The notes under the pieces: generated by a model
The model's database searches: none
Told to the model about the DNA's origin: nothing
Seen by the model: the letters and a program-made list of their open reading frames with translations, nothing else
Part shown: positions 1-7,275 of the stretch, piece after piece
How positions within the stretch are numbered: the first letter of the stretch is position 1
Layout: every line of letters starts with the position of its first letter
Assembly (NCBI GenBank): GCA_018260615.1
Contig: JAGWDQ010000037.1
Coordinates: forward strand, 1 to 10,986
DNA: 10,986 nt
From: Candidatus Altarchaeum sp.
Lineage (GTDB): Archaea > Altiarchaeota > Altiarchaeia > Altiarchaeales > Altiarchaeaceae
Direction of reading: 5' to 3'
Position numbers and translations under genes: made by a program

Positions 1-127
1 TGTGGAATTATCATGTAATAAGTTCTTAATCTCTTATTATAAATTGGTAAATTAGAATAAATAAAAACTGACGATTTATGAGTTTAAGTTATTTCGCAAC
101 AGGTCTAATATAGTTTGTTTTATTTTT

Positions 128-242
128 AAAATATAAATTATTAAAATATAAATATAAACAAATAAAATATAAATTATTAAAATATAAATATAAAAATATA
201 AAAATTAAAATATAAATTATTAATATATAAATATAAACAAAT
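128..242. repeat. Three tandem AT-rich ~36-43 bp units upstream of the secreted protein gene
   Basis: aaaatataaattattaaaatataaatataaacaaat at 128-163; 207-242 matches at 35/36; the 164-206 unit matches for its first 31 nt. 128-267 has only two C and no G. Confidence 0.85.
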
Positions 243-267
243 AAAATTTTAAAATAAAAATTTTAAA

Positions 268-1380
268 ATGGAAGTAAAAAATAAAAATTTTGGGGCAAAT
301 TTTGGAGTTGGAACATTTGGAATATTGGTAGCAATAAGCATGTTTTTTTTATTTATAGGGAGTGCTGTTGCAGATTGTACGGATGTGGGGATTTTTCTAA
401 ATAAAACAGCAAATGCAACAGAGATAAACTATGGAGAAAGTGTAAATTATACATACCTTATAGAAAATTGTGAAGAATGGGATATTGGAAATATATCTTT
501 ATTTGATGATAAATTAGGGGTGATTTTGTGCCCAAAGACAACATTATTTGTCAATGAAATGATGATTTGTTATGCTGATGCTAACTTAACAGAGAATACA
601 ACAAATACTGCAACTGTAACCGGAACTGTTTATGATGACACTGTCAGTGCAAACGATACTGCAACTGTAAGTGTAATAATAAATCCGGCAATAAGTATTG
701 ACAAAAAGGCAAATGCAAGTGTGATTAATTATGGTGATTCCGTTAAATATACTTACAATGTTACAAATATTGGAAATGTTCCTTTAAACAATGTCACTGT
801 CAGCGATGATAAATGTGCTCCCCTTAATTGTCCAAAGAATACTCTTGTTGCAGGAGAATCAATGCTTTGTAATTGCTCAACAACAATAACACAAACAACA
901 ACAAACATTGCTGTTGTTTATGGAACTGCTCCAAATGGTGAAAATGTTAGCGCACAAGACAATGAAACAGTAATTGTTAAGCAAAAGGCTGCAATGAGAA
1001 CGATAGGATTCTGGAAACATCAATTTGCGGTCGCAACCGGAAACAATAAAGGAAAAGCCCAAATAAATTCAGCAATTTTGCAAAGTTATTTACCAATAGA
1101 TGTTTTTGGAAACAAAATAAAAACGCTTGATGATGGATATAAAACATTGTGGATTAGAAAAGCATCAATGAAAGAAAGAGCAATTCAGCAGTGTTTTGCG
1201 ACTTTATTAAATTTTAAAAACGGTGCTGCAACTAATGACTCTCTTGTAGATACAAATTATGATAAAATTGCAGATATGAAATTTAGCGATGCAATAAATA
1301 CGGCTTTATCTGAATTTAATGGGGGAAATTATGAAAAAGCGAAGAATGTATGTGATTCAATAAACAACATGGACGAATAA
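268..1380 (+). CDS. Secreted/cell-surface protein with two DUF11/DUF7507-like Ig-type repeats and a C-terminal TIGFWKH-motif domain
   Basis: Hydrophobic signal-like N-terminus (..FLFIGSAVA-D). Two repeats: LNKTANATEINYGESVNYTYLIEN..NTATVTG and IDKKANASVINYGDSVKYTYNVTNIGNVPL..NIAVVYG. About 14 N-x-S/T sequons. No C-terminal TM segment. Confidence 0.8.
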   Translation: MEVKNKNFGANFGVGTFGILVAISMFFLFIGSAVADCTDVGIFLNKTANATEINYGESVNYTYLIENCEEWDIGNISLFDDKLGVILCPKTTLFVNEMMICYADANLTENTTNTATVTGTVYDDTVSANDTATVSVIINPAISIDKKANASVINYGDSVKYTYNVTNIGNVPLNNVTVSDDKCAPLNCPKNTLVAGESMLCNCSTTITQTTTNIAVVYGTAPNGENVSAQDNETVIVKQKAAMRTIGFWKHQFAVATGNNKGKAQINSAILQSYLPIDVFGNKIKTLDDGYKTLWIRKASMKERAIQQCFATLLNFKNGAATNDSLVDTNYDKIADMKFSDAINTALSEFNGGNYEKAKNVCDSINNMDE

Positions 1381-1398
1381 TTTCTCTTTTATTTTTTT
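1380..1398 (+). terminator. Oligo-T tract, possible archaeal-type terminator
   Basis: tttctcttttatttttttg directly after the TAA of the 268..1380 ORF. Confidence 0.4.
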
Positions 1399-1410
1399 GA
1401 TTGTCGGAAG

Positions 1411-1546
1411 ATTAAAATTTCTTTCGGTGACGGATGGATTTTATTCAGACCTTCATGGACAGAGCCGATTTACAGAATATTTGCAGAACGAAAAAGTGAA
1501 AGCAAAGGAATTGAGCGAATTCGGAGTGAAAATTGCAAAAGAATAA
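1411..1546 (+). pseudogene. Decayed C-terminal (domain IV) fragment of a phosphoglucomutase/phosphomannomutase/GlmM-family gene
   Basis: From 1411 it reads IKISFGDGWILFRPSWTEPIYRIFAE, matching the family motif GW-x-L-x-RPSGTEP-x-x-R-x-x-AE with G->W. After a frameshift it reads AKELSEFGVKIAKE* (1502-1546). No start codon or upstream domains. Confidence 0.8.
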
Positions 1547-1599
1547 TTAAATAAAATTTAATGCCCTCCCCTTTAAATTGAGTTAATTTACGCTCAAAT

Positions 1600-3021
1600 T
1601 TAAAAATCCTCCAAATCAAAAGCAAAGAATTCCTTTAAATTTTCCTTTCCTTCAATCTTTTTTGCAAAAATTCCAAATTTTTCAGTCCTGTTTTCATTAT
1701 TCCACTCCACAAATTTTGCCTTTTCCTTCAGGTTATTAATAATTCCTGTTGCTTCCTGTTCATCTACATCTTTCCATTTGCACTCAAAAAAATAAATTTC
1801 TCTTTTGTTCGCATTTGTGTCCTCATTTATAGCAACAAGGTCAATCTCAACTTCTTTTCTTTGTCCGTTTTCCCGGTAATGTCCCCACCATCTTCCAACT
1901 TCATTAAAATTAATGTTTGTTTCTCTTAATGCTCGTTTTTTGATTAGGACTTCCCTGCAAATTTCTTCATATATTTTACCGACATAAGTGTTAAACTCCA
2001 GCGAAATTTTTTTCATAATATTTTCGGTATTTCCGATTTCCACATCGCTTTTGTTTGGATATACAAATCTAAACCAGAATCTGAAGAAATTATCATCTAT
2101 GAAATACAATGTCTTTTTTGATTGTACTTTTTTTTCTGTTATGGGATACTCTTTTTTAACTAAAGAAAGTCTTTGCAATGTTTCAAGATATTTTGAAAGA
2201 TCTTTTGGATTCATAAATGTTTTATCTGCAATTTCCACAACCCTTGTAGCACCATTTGCTATTGCAAATAAAATTGAAAAATATGTTGAGGGCTCTCTTA
2301 ATTCTTCCTTCAGGCACATCGCAATTTCTTCATTAAGAAAACTACCTTTTTTCAATATCTTTTCCTTAATGTTTTCGTAAACATTTATTGAATCGTCAAA
2401 TTGCAACAAGTAAGCAGGAATATTTCCACAAACAGAAAATGCTTCTATAAAACTTTCACGGTTATATTTCGGAAGAAAATATCCCGAATCAAAAAAGCTT
2501 AAAGGCGTAACTTTCCACTGCCCCGTCCTTCTTCCGTAAAGCGGGGAACTATAACTTAAGACCCCTTTTTCCATCATACTTATTGAAGAACCATTTAAAA
2601 TAAGAAAAATTTCCTCATTTGATATATATTCATCAATAATTTTTTGAAATATTGAAGGGATGGAATCGTCCTTTTCCACTAAATACGAAAATTCATCTAT
2701 TGCTATGACTATTTTTTCCATCCTTCTTTCGTTTATCCTTTTTACTATGTATTTAAACACATTCTCAAAATTTTTTACTTCCGGAGAAATATCATTGAAG
2801 AATTCCGCTGCTTTTGTGGCAAATTCCTTCGCATTTATTAATGTCCCTCGTTTATCCGCAAGAAAATAAATATGCTGCTTATCTTTCATAAATTCTTTTA
2901 TAATTTCTGTTTTTCCAACCCTTCTTCTTCCATATATGACAATAACCTGCAACCCTTCTTCTTTGTACTGTCGCTCTAAAAATTCTGTTTCTTCCTTTCT
3001 ATTTATAAATTTTCTCATCAT
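1600..3021 (-). CDS. Archaeal AAA+ ATPase (COG1672 / ATPase_2 + DUF234) with winged-helix region and C-terminal PD-(D/E)XK-like domain
   Basis: N-terminal KFINRKEE, Walker A GRRRVGKT, Walker B IAIDEF, SPLYGRRT, YFIDDNFFRFWFRFVYPN, and C-terminal GRWW..EIDLVA..FECKW. The start may be the second ATG (3018). Confidence 0.9.
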   Translation of the reverse strand: MMRKFINRKEETEFLERQYKEEGLQVIVIYGRRRVGKTEIIKEFMKDKQHIYFLADKRGTLINAKEFATKAAEFFNDISPEVKNFENVFKYIVKRINERRMEKIVIAIDEFSYLVEKDDSIPSIFQKIIDEYISNEEIFLILNGSSISMMEKGVLSYSSPLYGRRTGQWKVTPLSFFDSGYFLPKYNRESFIEAFSVCGNIPAYLLQFDDSINVYENIKEKILKKGSFLNEEIAMCLKEELREPSTYFSILFAIANGATRVVEIADKTFMNPKDLSKYLETLQRLSLVKKEYPITEKKVQSKKTLYFIDDNFFRFWFRFVYPNKSDVEIGNTENIMKKISLEFNTYVGKIYEEICREVLIKKRALRETNINFNEVGRWWGHYRENGQRKEVEIDLVAINEDTNANKREIYFFECKWKDVDEQEATGIINNLKEKAKFVEWNNENRTEKFGIFAKKIEGKENLKEFFAFDLEDF

Positions 3022-3065
3022 TTTCTGATATTTTAAAACATTCGGAATATAAATATAATAATTAC

Positions 3066-3085
3066 AATCCGAAAATAAAATTTAA
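3066..3085. repeat. 20-bp perfect direct repeat, copy 1
   Basis: aatccgaaaataaaatttaa, identical to 3358-3377. Confidence 0.9.
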
Positions 3086-3163
3086 GTATTTGTTTAGCAC
3101 CACAGAGGCACAGAGAAAATAATTTTAAGTTTGATTTTTGTCTTTATTAGTCCTTTAAAAAAA

Positions 3164-3314
3164 CCTCACACAAAGTCACAGAGCATATATCTCATAGTTC
3201 TTTGTGTCTTTTTCAAAATCAATAGATTTTGAAAATCTCCGAGCATTTCAAACTTGTTTGAAATACACGAACGGAGTGAGCGTAAGAGCGAGGTGACTGT
3301 GTCTCCGTGTGAGG
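3164..3314. mobile_element. Putative MITE/REP-like composite palindromic element
   Basis: Imperfect terminal inverted repeats cctcacacaaagtcacag (3164-3181) and ctgtgtctccgtgtgagg (3297-3314), 15/18. Internal perfect hairpins at 3210-3235 (11-bp stem) and 3245-3264 (9-bp arms). GC-richer than the flanks. Partial copies at 9111-9161 and 10676-10723. The repeats are seen directly; mobility is inferred. Confidence 0.6.
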
Positions 3315-3357
3315 AATTACATTTTAATTATCTAAACAATTACAAATTTAAAATTAA

Positions 3358-3377
3358 AATCCGAAAATAAAATTTAA
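3358..3377. repeat. 20-bp perfect direct repeat, copy 2
   Basis: aatccgaaaataaaatttaa, identical to 3066-3085. Confidence 0.9.
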
Positions 3378-3392
3378 ATTTTTTAATGCCGG

Positions 3393-3419
3393 GAAACATA
3401 AGAAACATAAGAAACATAA
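3393..3419. repeat. (gaaacataa)x3 tandem repeat
   Basis: Perfect 9-mers at 3393, 3402 and 3411, just downstream of the trpA stop. Confidence 0.9.
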
Positions 3420-3444
3420 ATTTAAATAAATTTCAAAATTTCAA

Positions 3445-4233
3445 TCATTTAATTTTTTCTTTTGTTGCCTTCCTTAACTCTTTAACGAAATTTTCCAGCT
3501 CTTTCAAATCATCAGTCCTGTTTATTATTGCACTTCCGACAATTGCACCGTCAACCTTGTCTTTTATCTCATTTATATGATTTGGATTTGAGATTCCGAA
3601 TCCGATTGCCAATGGAACACTCTTTCCCGTATCCTTTAAAACATCCTTTACATTCTCAATAAATTTCGGGTCAATATTTAAATTTTCCCTTGCTCCGGTA
3701 ACCCCCAGCACAGAAATCAAATACAAAAATCCGCCTGCGTTTTTAACGATTTTTTTAAGTCGGTCTTTCGTTGATGTTTGTGCGAGCAGAAATATTAAAT
3801 CGGTCTCATACCTGCTGCATAAATTTAACAATTCATCACTTTCTTCAACAGGCAAATCCGGAATAATAATTCCTTTAATTCCATTCGCTTTACATTTTTC
3901 AACAAATTTTTCAAGCCCGTACTGATAGAGCAAATTATAATAAGTCATACAGACGAGTGGAATATTTTCATCTTTAACTTCGCCGCAAAATTTAAAATAA
4001 ACATCTGTGTTCATTCCGTTCTGTAATGCTCTTTCGCTTGCCTGTTGTATGGTCGGACCATCGGCAATAGGGTCGGAAAACGGCAGTCCGAGTTCAATAA
4101 TATCTGCATTTTTCTTTAAAATTCGGACAATTTCTTTGCTCTTTTCAAAGTTCGGGTCGCCTGCACACACATAAGCAATTAATGCACACCTTCCTTCCTT
4201 CTCTGCTTCTTTAAATTTTTCTGAAATTTTCAT
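3445..4233 (-). CDS. trpA: Tryptophan synthase alpha chain
   Basis: AYVCAGDP, IELGLPFSDPIADGPTIQ (catalytic Glu and Asp), MTYYN, IIPDLP, GVTG, GFGIS, DGAIVGSA. Confidence 0.97.
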   Translation of the reverse strand: MKISEKFKEAEKEGRCALIAYVCAGDPNFEKSKEIVRILKKNADIIELGLPFSDPIADGPTIQQASERALQNGMNTDVYFKFCGEVKDENIPLVCMTYYNLLYQYGLEKFVEKCKANGIKGIIIPDLPVEESDELLNLCSRYETDLIFLLAQTSTKDRLKKIVKNAGGFLYLISVLGVTGARENLNIDPKFIENVKDVLKDTGKSVPLAIGFGISNPNHINEIKDKVDGAIVGSAIINRTDDLKELENFVKELRKATKEKIK

Positions 4234-4403
4234 TGTAATATTTTAAAATTTAATTTAAATTTAAGATTAATTTAACTTTGGCATTAAATAAATTTAGTTA
4301 AAAATTTGGAGTTTTAAATTATTTATTTATCAAATCTTATTTATAAGAATAAATTTTAAATAGATAAAAACAAACAATAAAAAAATAATAAAAACAGACA
4401 AAA
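4234..4403. promoter_or_regulatory. Divergent promoter region for trpA and rps7
   Basis: 170-bp AT-rich spacer between head-to-head genes with several TTTATA/TTTAAA-like hexamers. The exact TATA boxes cannot be assigned. Confidence 0.45.
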
Positions 4404-5015
4404 GTGGAAGCCAGTGCATTAAAGTTATTCGGAAGATGGGATTATGCTGTTGAAGTAAGAGATATGGGATTAAAGAGATATATAAATTTAAACCAGCGGG
4501 ATATTCCAATTACTCACGGGAAATTTGCAAATAAGCAGTTTGGAAAAGCAAATGTAAATGTCGTTGAACGGCTGGCAAACAAGTTAATGCGTTCGGGACA
4601 GGGTGCAAAAAAAATGGCCGGTAAATATTTAAGAGGCAGGGGAAACACGGGAAACAAATTAAATGCTTTAAGGATAGTTGAAAACGCATTTGAGATCATA
4701 GAGAAAAAAACAAAGAAAAATCCGGTACAGGTATTGGTAGATGCATTACAAAATACAGGCCCGTCAGAAGAGACAACATCAATAATTTACGGCGGAATAA
4801 GGTATCATCAGGCAATTGACGCATCCGCATTAAGAAGGTTAGATTTTGCATTAAAAAATCTGGCTTTGGGTGCCTTTGCAAGATCGTTCAATGTAAAGAC
4901 ATCAGTTGAAGAAGCACTTGCCGATGAGATTGTCCTGGCGGCAAATAATGATACAAAGAGTTTTGCAGTTAACCGAAAAGAAGAAACAGAAAGAATTGCA
5001 GCATCGTCAAGATAA
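4404..5015 (+). CDS. rps7: 30S ribosomal protein uS7 (archaeal type), GTG start
   Basis: KLFGRWD, VVERLANKLMR, NPVQVLVDA, YGGIRYH, RKEETERIAASSR; position immediately upstream of EF-2. Confidence 0.96.
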   Translation: MEASALKLFGRWDYAVEVRDMGLKRYINLNQRDIPITHGKFANKQFGKANVNVVERLANKLMRSGQGAKKMAGKYLRGRGNTGNKLNALRIVENAFEIIEKKTKKNPVQVLVDALQNTGPSEETTSIIYGGIRYHQAIDASALRRLDFALKNLALGAFARSFNVKTSVEEALADEIVLAANNDTKSFAVNRKEETERIAASSR

Positions 5016-5073
5016 GAATAATCATAATCAAAATTTAATTGAAATTTCGAAATTTAAAAAAATTTAAAACAAA

Positions 5074-7275
5074 ATGGGTCGTACAGAACAACTTGCTGAA
5101 AAAGCGGTTTCAATGATGCAAACGAGAGAGAATATAAGGAATATGGCAATAGTTGCCCATATAGATCATGGAAAAACAACCTTAACCACAAATTTACTTG
5201 CAGGAGCAGGACTTATTTCCGCAAGTGCCCTTGATAAAGACAAAATTACGGAATTTGCTCCTGATTCCCAGGAAGCGGAACAAAGAGGAATTACCATTGA
5301 TTCCGCTAATGTTTCAATAACACATACTTATGAAGGAAAAGAGTATCTTATAAATTTAATAGACACACCGGGCCATGTTGATTTCGGAGGTAATGTAACA
5401 AGAGCAATGCGGGCAGTTGACTGTTGTATCGTTGTTTGTTGTGCGGTTGAAGGAATAATGCCCCAGACAAAAACGGTCTTAAATCAGGCACTGAATGAAA
5501 GAGTAAGGCCTGTATTGTTTATAAATAAAACAGATCGCCTGATTACGGAATTAAAACTTACCCCTGAAGAACTTCAGAAGAGATTTATAAAAATAATTGG
5601 CAATGTAAATAATATGATAAAATTGCGACAGCCAAAAGGTGTGGACTGGACAGTAGATGTAACAAAAGGCACTGTTGCATTTGGTTCTGCCAAGAAAAAA
5701 TGGGCAATAAATGTCCCGTATATGAAAAAGACAGGGATAACTTTTAAAGACATCATTGATTTATGTAATAATGAAAAACAGGAAGAACTTGCAAAAAAAG
5801 CTCCTATTAGTAAAATTGTTCTTGATATGGTAGTTAATACATTGCCCGCACCGATAGATGCACAAAAAGTCAGGATTGAGAAAATATGGCATGGTGATGC
5901 AGAAAATGAAACAGTGGCAAAAGACATGCAGGCATGTAACCCCAACGGAAAATTAGCAATAATGGTCTTTGATATATATCATGATAAACATGCCGGAGAA
6001 ATATCAATAGGAAGAATATATTCGGGCACTGTGCATCAGGGTGATGAAGTTTATTCTGTCGGAAATAAAATAAAGATGAGGGTACAACAGCTTGGATTAT
6101 TTATGGGCCCTCAAAGAATAAATGTTGATGCAGTTCCATCAGGAAATATAGTTGCATTAAGCGGCGTTTCAAATACTTTTGTAGGAGATACACTCGCAAG
6201 CGAACCGATGACTTCATTTGAAGAAATAAAACATTATTCCGAGCCGGTAGTTACAAAGGCATTTGAACCGAAAAATGTAAAGGATATCGGAAAATTAGTT
6301 GAGGTCTTAAAAGAGATGGAAAAAGAAGATCCGACAATAAAGGTCAAAATAGATGAACAAACAGGTGAAAACCTGGTTGCAGGAATGGGTGAATTACATC
6401 TGGAAATTGTAGAACACCGGCTAAAAGACAGAGGTGTTGAGGTAACAACATCGCCTCCGATTGTTGTTTACAGGGAAACAATTAACGGTGAGCACGGAGA
6501 TATAGAAGGAAAATCACCAAACAAACACAATAAATTTTATCTTGCGGTTGAACCCTTACCCGAAGAGATATATCAAGCAGTTATAAGCGGAGAAATAAAA
6601 GAAGGCAGAAGAAAGAACAGAAGTAAGGACTTAAGACAGTTACTGGTCTCAAAAGGAATGATAAGTGAAGATGCAGCAAGTGTTATAGACATATTCAAAG
6701 GAAATGTGCTTTTTGACAGGACAAAAGGTCTGCAGCACTTAGATGAAACGATGGAACTGATTTTTGATGCTTTTGAACAGGTTATGGAAGGTGGCCCGTT
6801 ATCAAAAGAACCGATGATAAGAATGAGGGTAACTTTGCATGATGCAGTCCTTCACGAAGATGCTATTCACAGAGGTCCTGCACAGATATATCCTGCTGTC
6901 AGGAATCCCATATATGCAGGAATTTTACTTTCAAAACCAACACTTTATGAGCCAATGCAGGACTTAAGTATACAAATTCCGCATGAATATATCGGTTCAA
7001 TGACAAGTGTGCTGCAATCACGAAGGGGGCAAATAATGAATATTTTACAGGAAGAGGAATTAACAACAATTGAAGGAAGAATTCCGATTTCGGAAACATT
7101 TGGAATTACGGGGGATATCAGAGGTGCAACAGAAGGACATGCTTTGTGGGGTTCCCAGAACTCCGGATACGATGAAGTGCCGCGGGAATTACAGGAAAAA
7201 ATAATTGGTTCAATAAGAAAAAGAAAAGGTCTGCCCGAGCCGGTTCCAAAACCTGAGGAATACATTGAGAGATAA
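5074..7275 (+). CDS. fusA: Translation elongation factor aEF-2
   Basis: AHIDHGKTT, RGITI, DTPGHVDF, NKTD, GMGELHLE, and diphthamide motif LHEDAIHRGPAQ (His codon 6868-6870). Confidence 0.98.
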   Translation: MGRTEQLAEKAVSMMQTRENIRNMAIVAHIDHGKTTLTTNLLAGAGLISASALDKDKITEFAPDSQEAEQRGITIDSANVSITHTYEGKEYLINLIDTPGHVDFGGNVTRAMRAVDCCIVVCCAVEGIMPQTKTVLNQALNERVRPVLFINKTDRLITELKLTPEELQKRFIKIIGNVNNMIKLRQPKGVDWTVDVTKGTVAFGSAKKKWAINVPYMKKTGITFKDIIDLCNNEKQEELAKKAPISKIVLDMVVNTLPAPIDAQKVRIEKIWHGDAENETVAKDMQACNPNGKLAIMVFDIYHDKHAGEISIGRIYSGTVHQGDEVYSVGNKIKMRVQQLGLFMGPQRINVDAVPSGNIVALSGVSNTFVGDTLASEPMTSFEEIKHYSEPVVTKAFEPKNVKDIGKLVEVLKEMEKEDPTIKVKIDEQTGENLVAGMGELHLEIVEHRLKDRGVEVTTSPPIVVYRETINGEHGDIEGKSPNKHNKFYLAVEPLPEEIYQAVISGEIKEGRRKNRSKDLRQLLVSKGMISEDAASVIDIFKGNVLFDRTKGLQHLDETMELIFDAFEQVMEGGPLSKEPMIRMRVTLHDAVLHEDAIHRGPAQIYPAVRNPIYAGILLSKPTLYEPMQDLSIQIPHEYIGSMTSVLQSRRGQIMNILQEEELTTIEGRIPISETFGITGDIRGATEGHALWGSQNSGYDEVPRELQEKIIGSIRKRKGLPEPVPKPEEYIER

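Noticed and set aside
1-22. Possible 3' end of an upstream gene (tgt gga att atc atg taa taa)
   Set aside because: Too short to support from this window.
268-1380. Hamus subunit, S-layer protein or archaeal pilin
   Set aside because: No class III signal peptide motif or recognisable S-layer features; the repeats fit DUF11-like domains better.
1572-1604. Imperfect inverted repeat tttaaattgag/ctcaaatttaaa over the ATPase stop
   Set aside because: Low-complexity AT stem; could be a terminator but there is too little support.
2181-2203. tttcaagatattttgaaagatct resembling hairpin A
   Set aside because: The stem is only 6 bp and it encodes the family-typical DLSKYLETL helix; likely chance.
3066-3419. 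CRISPR array
   Set aside because: There is no series of equal repeats separated by unique, equal-length spacers, and no cas genes in the window.
6850-6885. Possible diphthamide-lacking EF-2 paralog
   Set aside because: The LHEDAIHRGPAQ motif is canonical.
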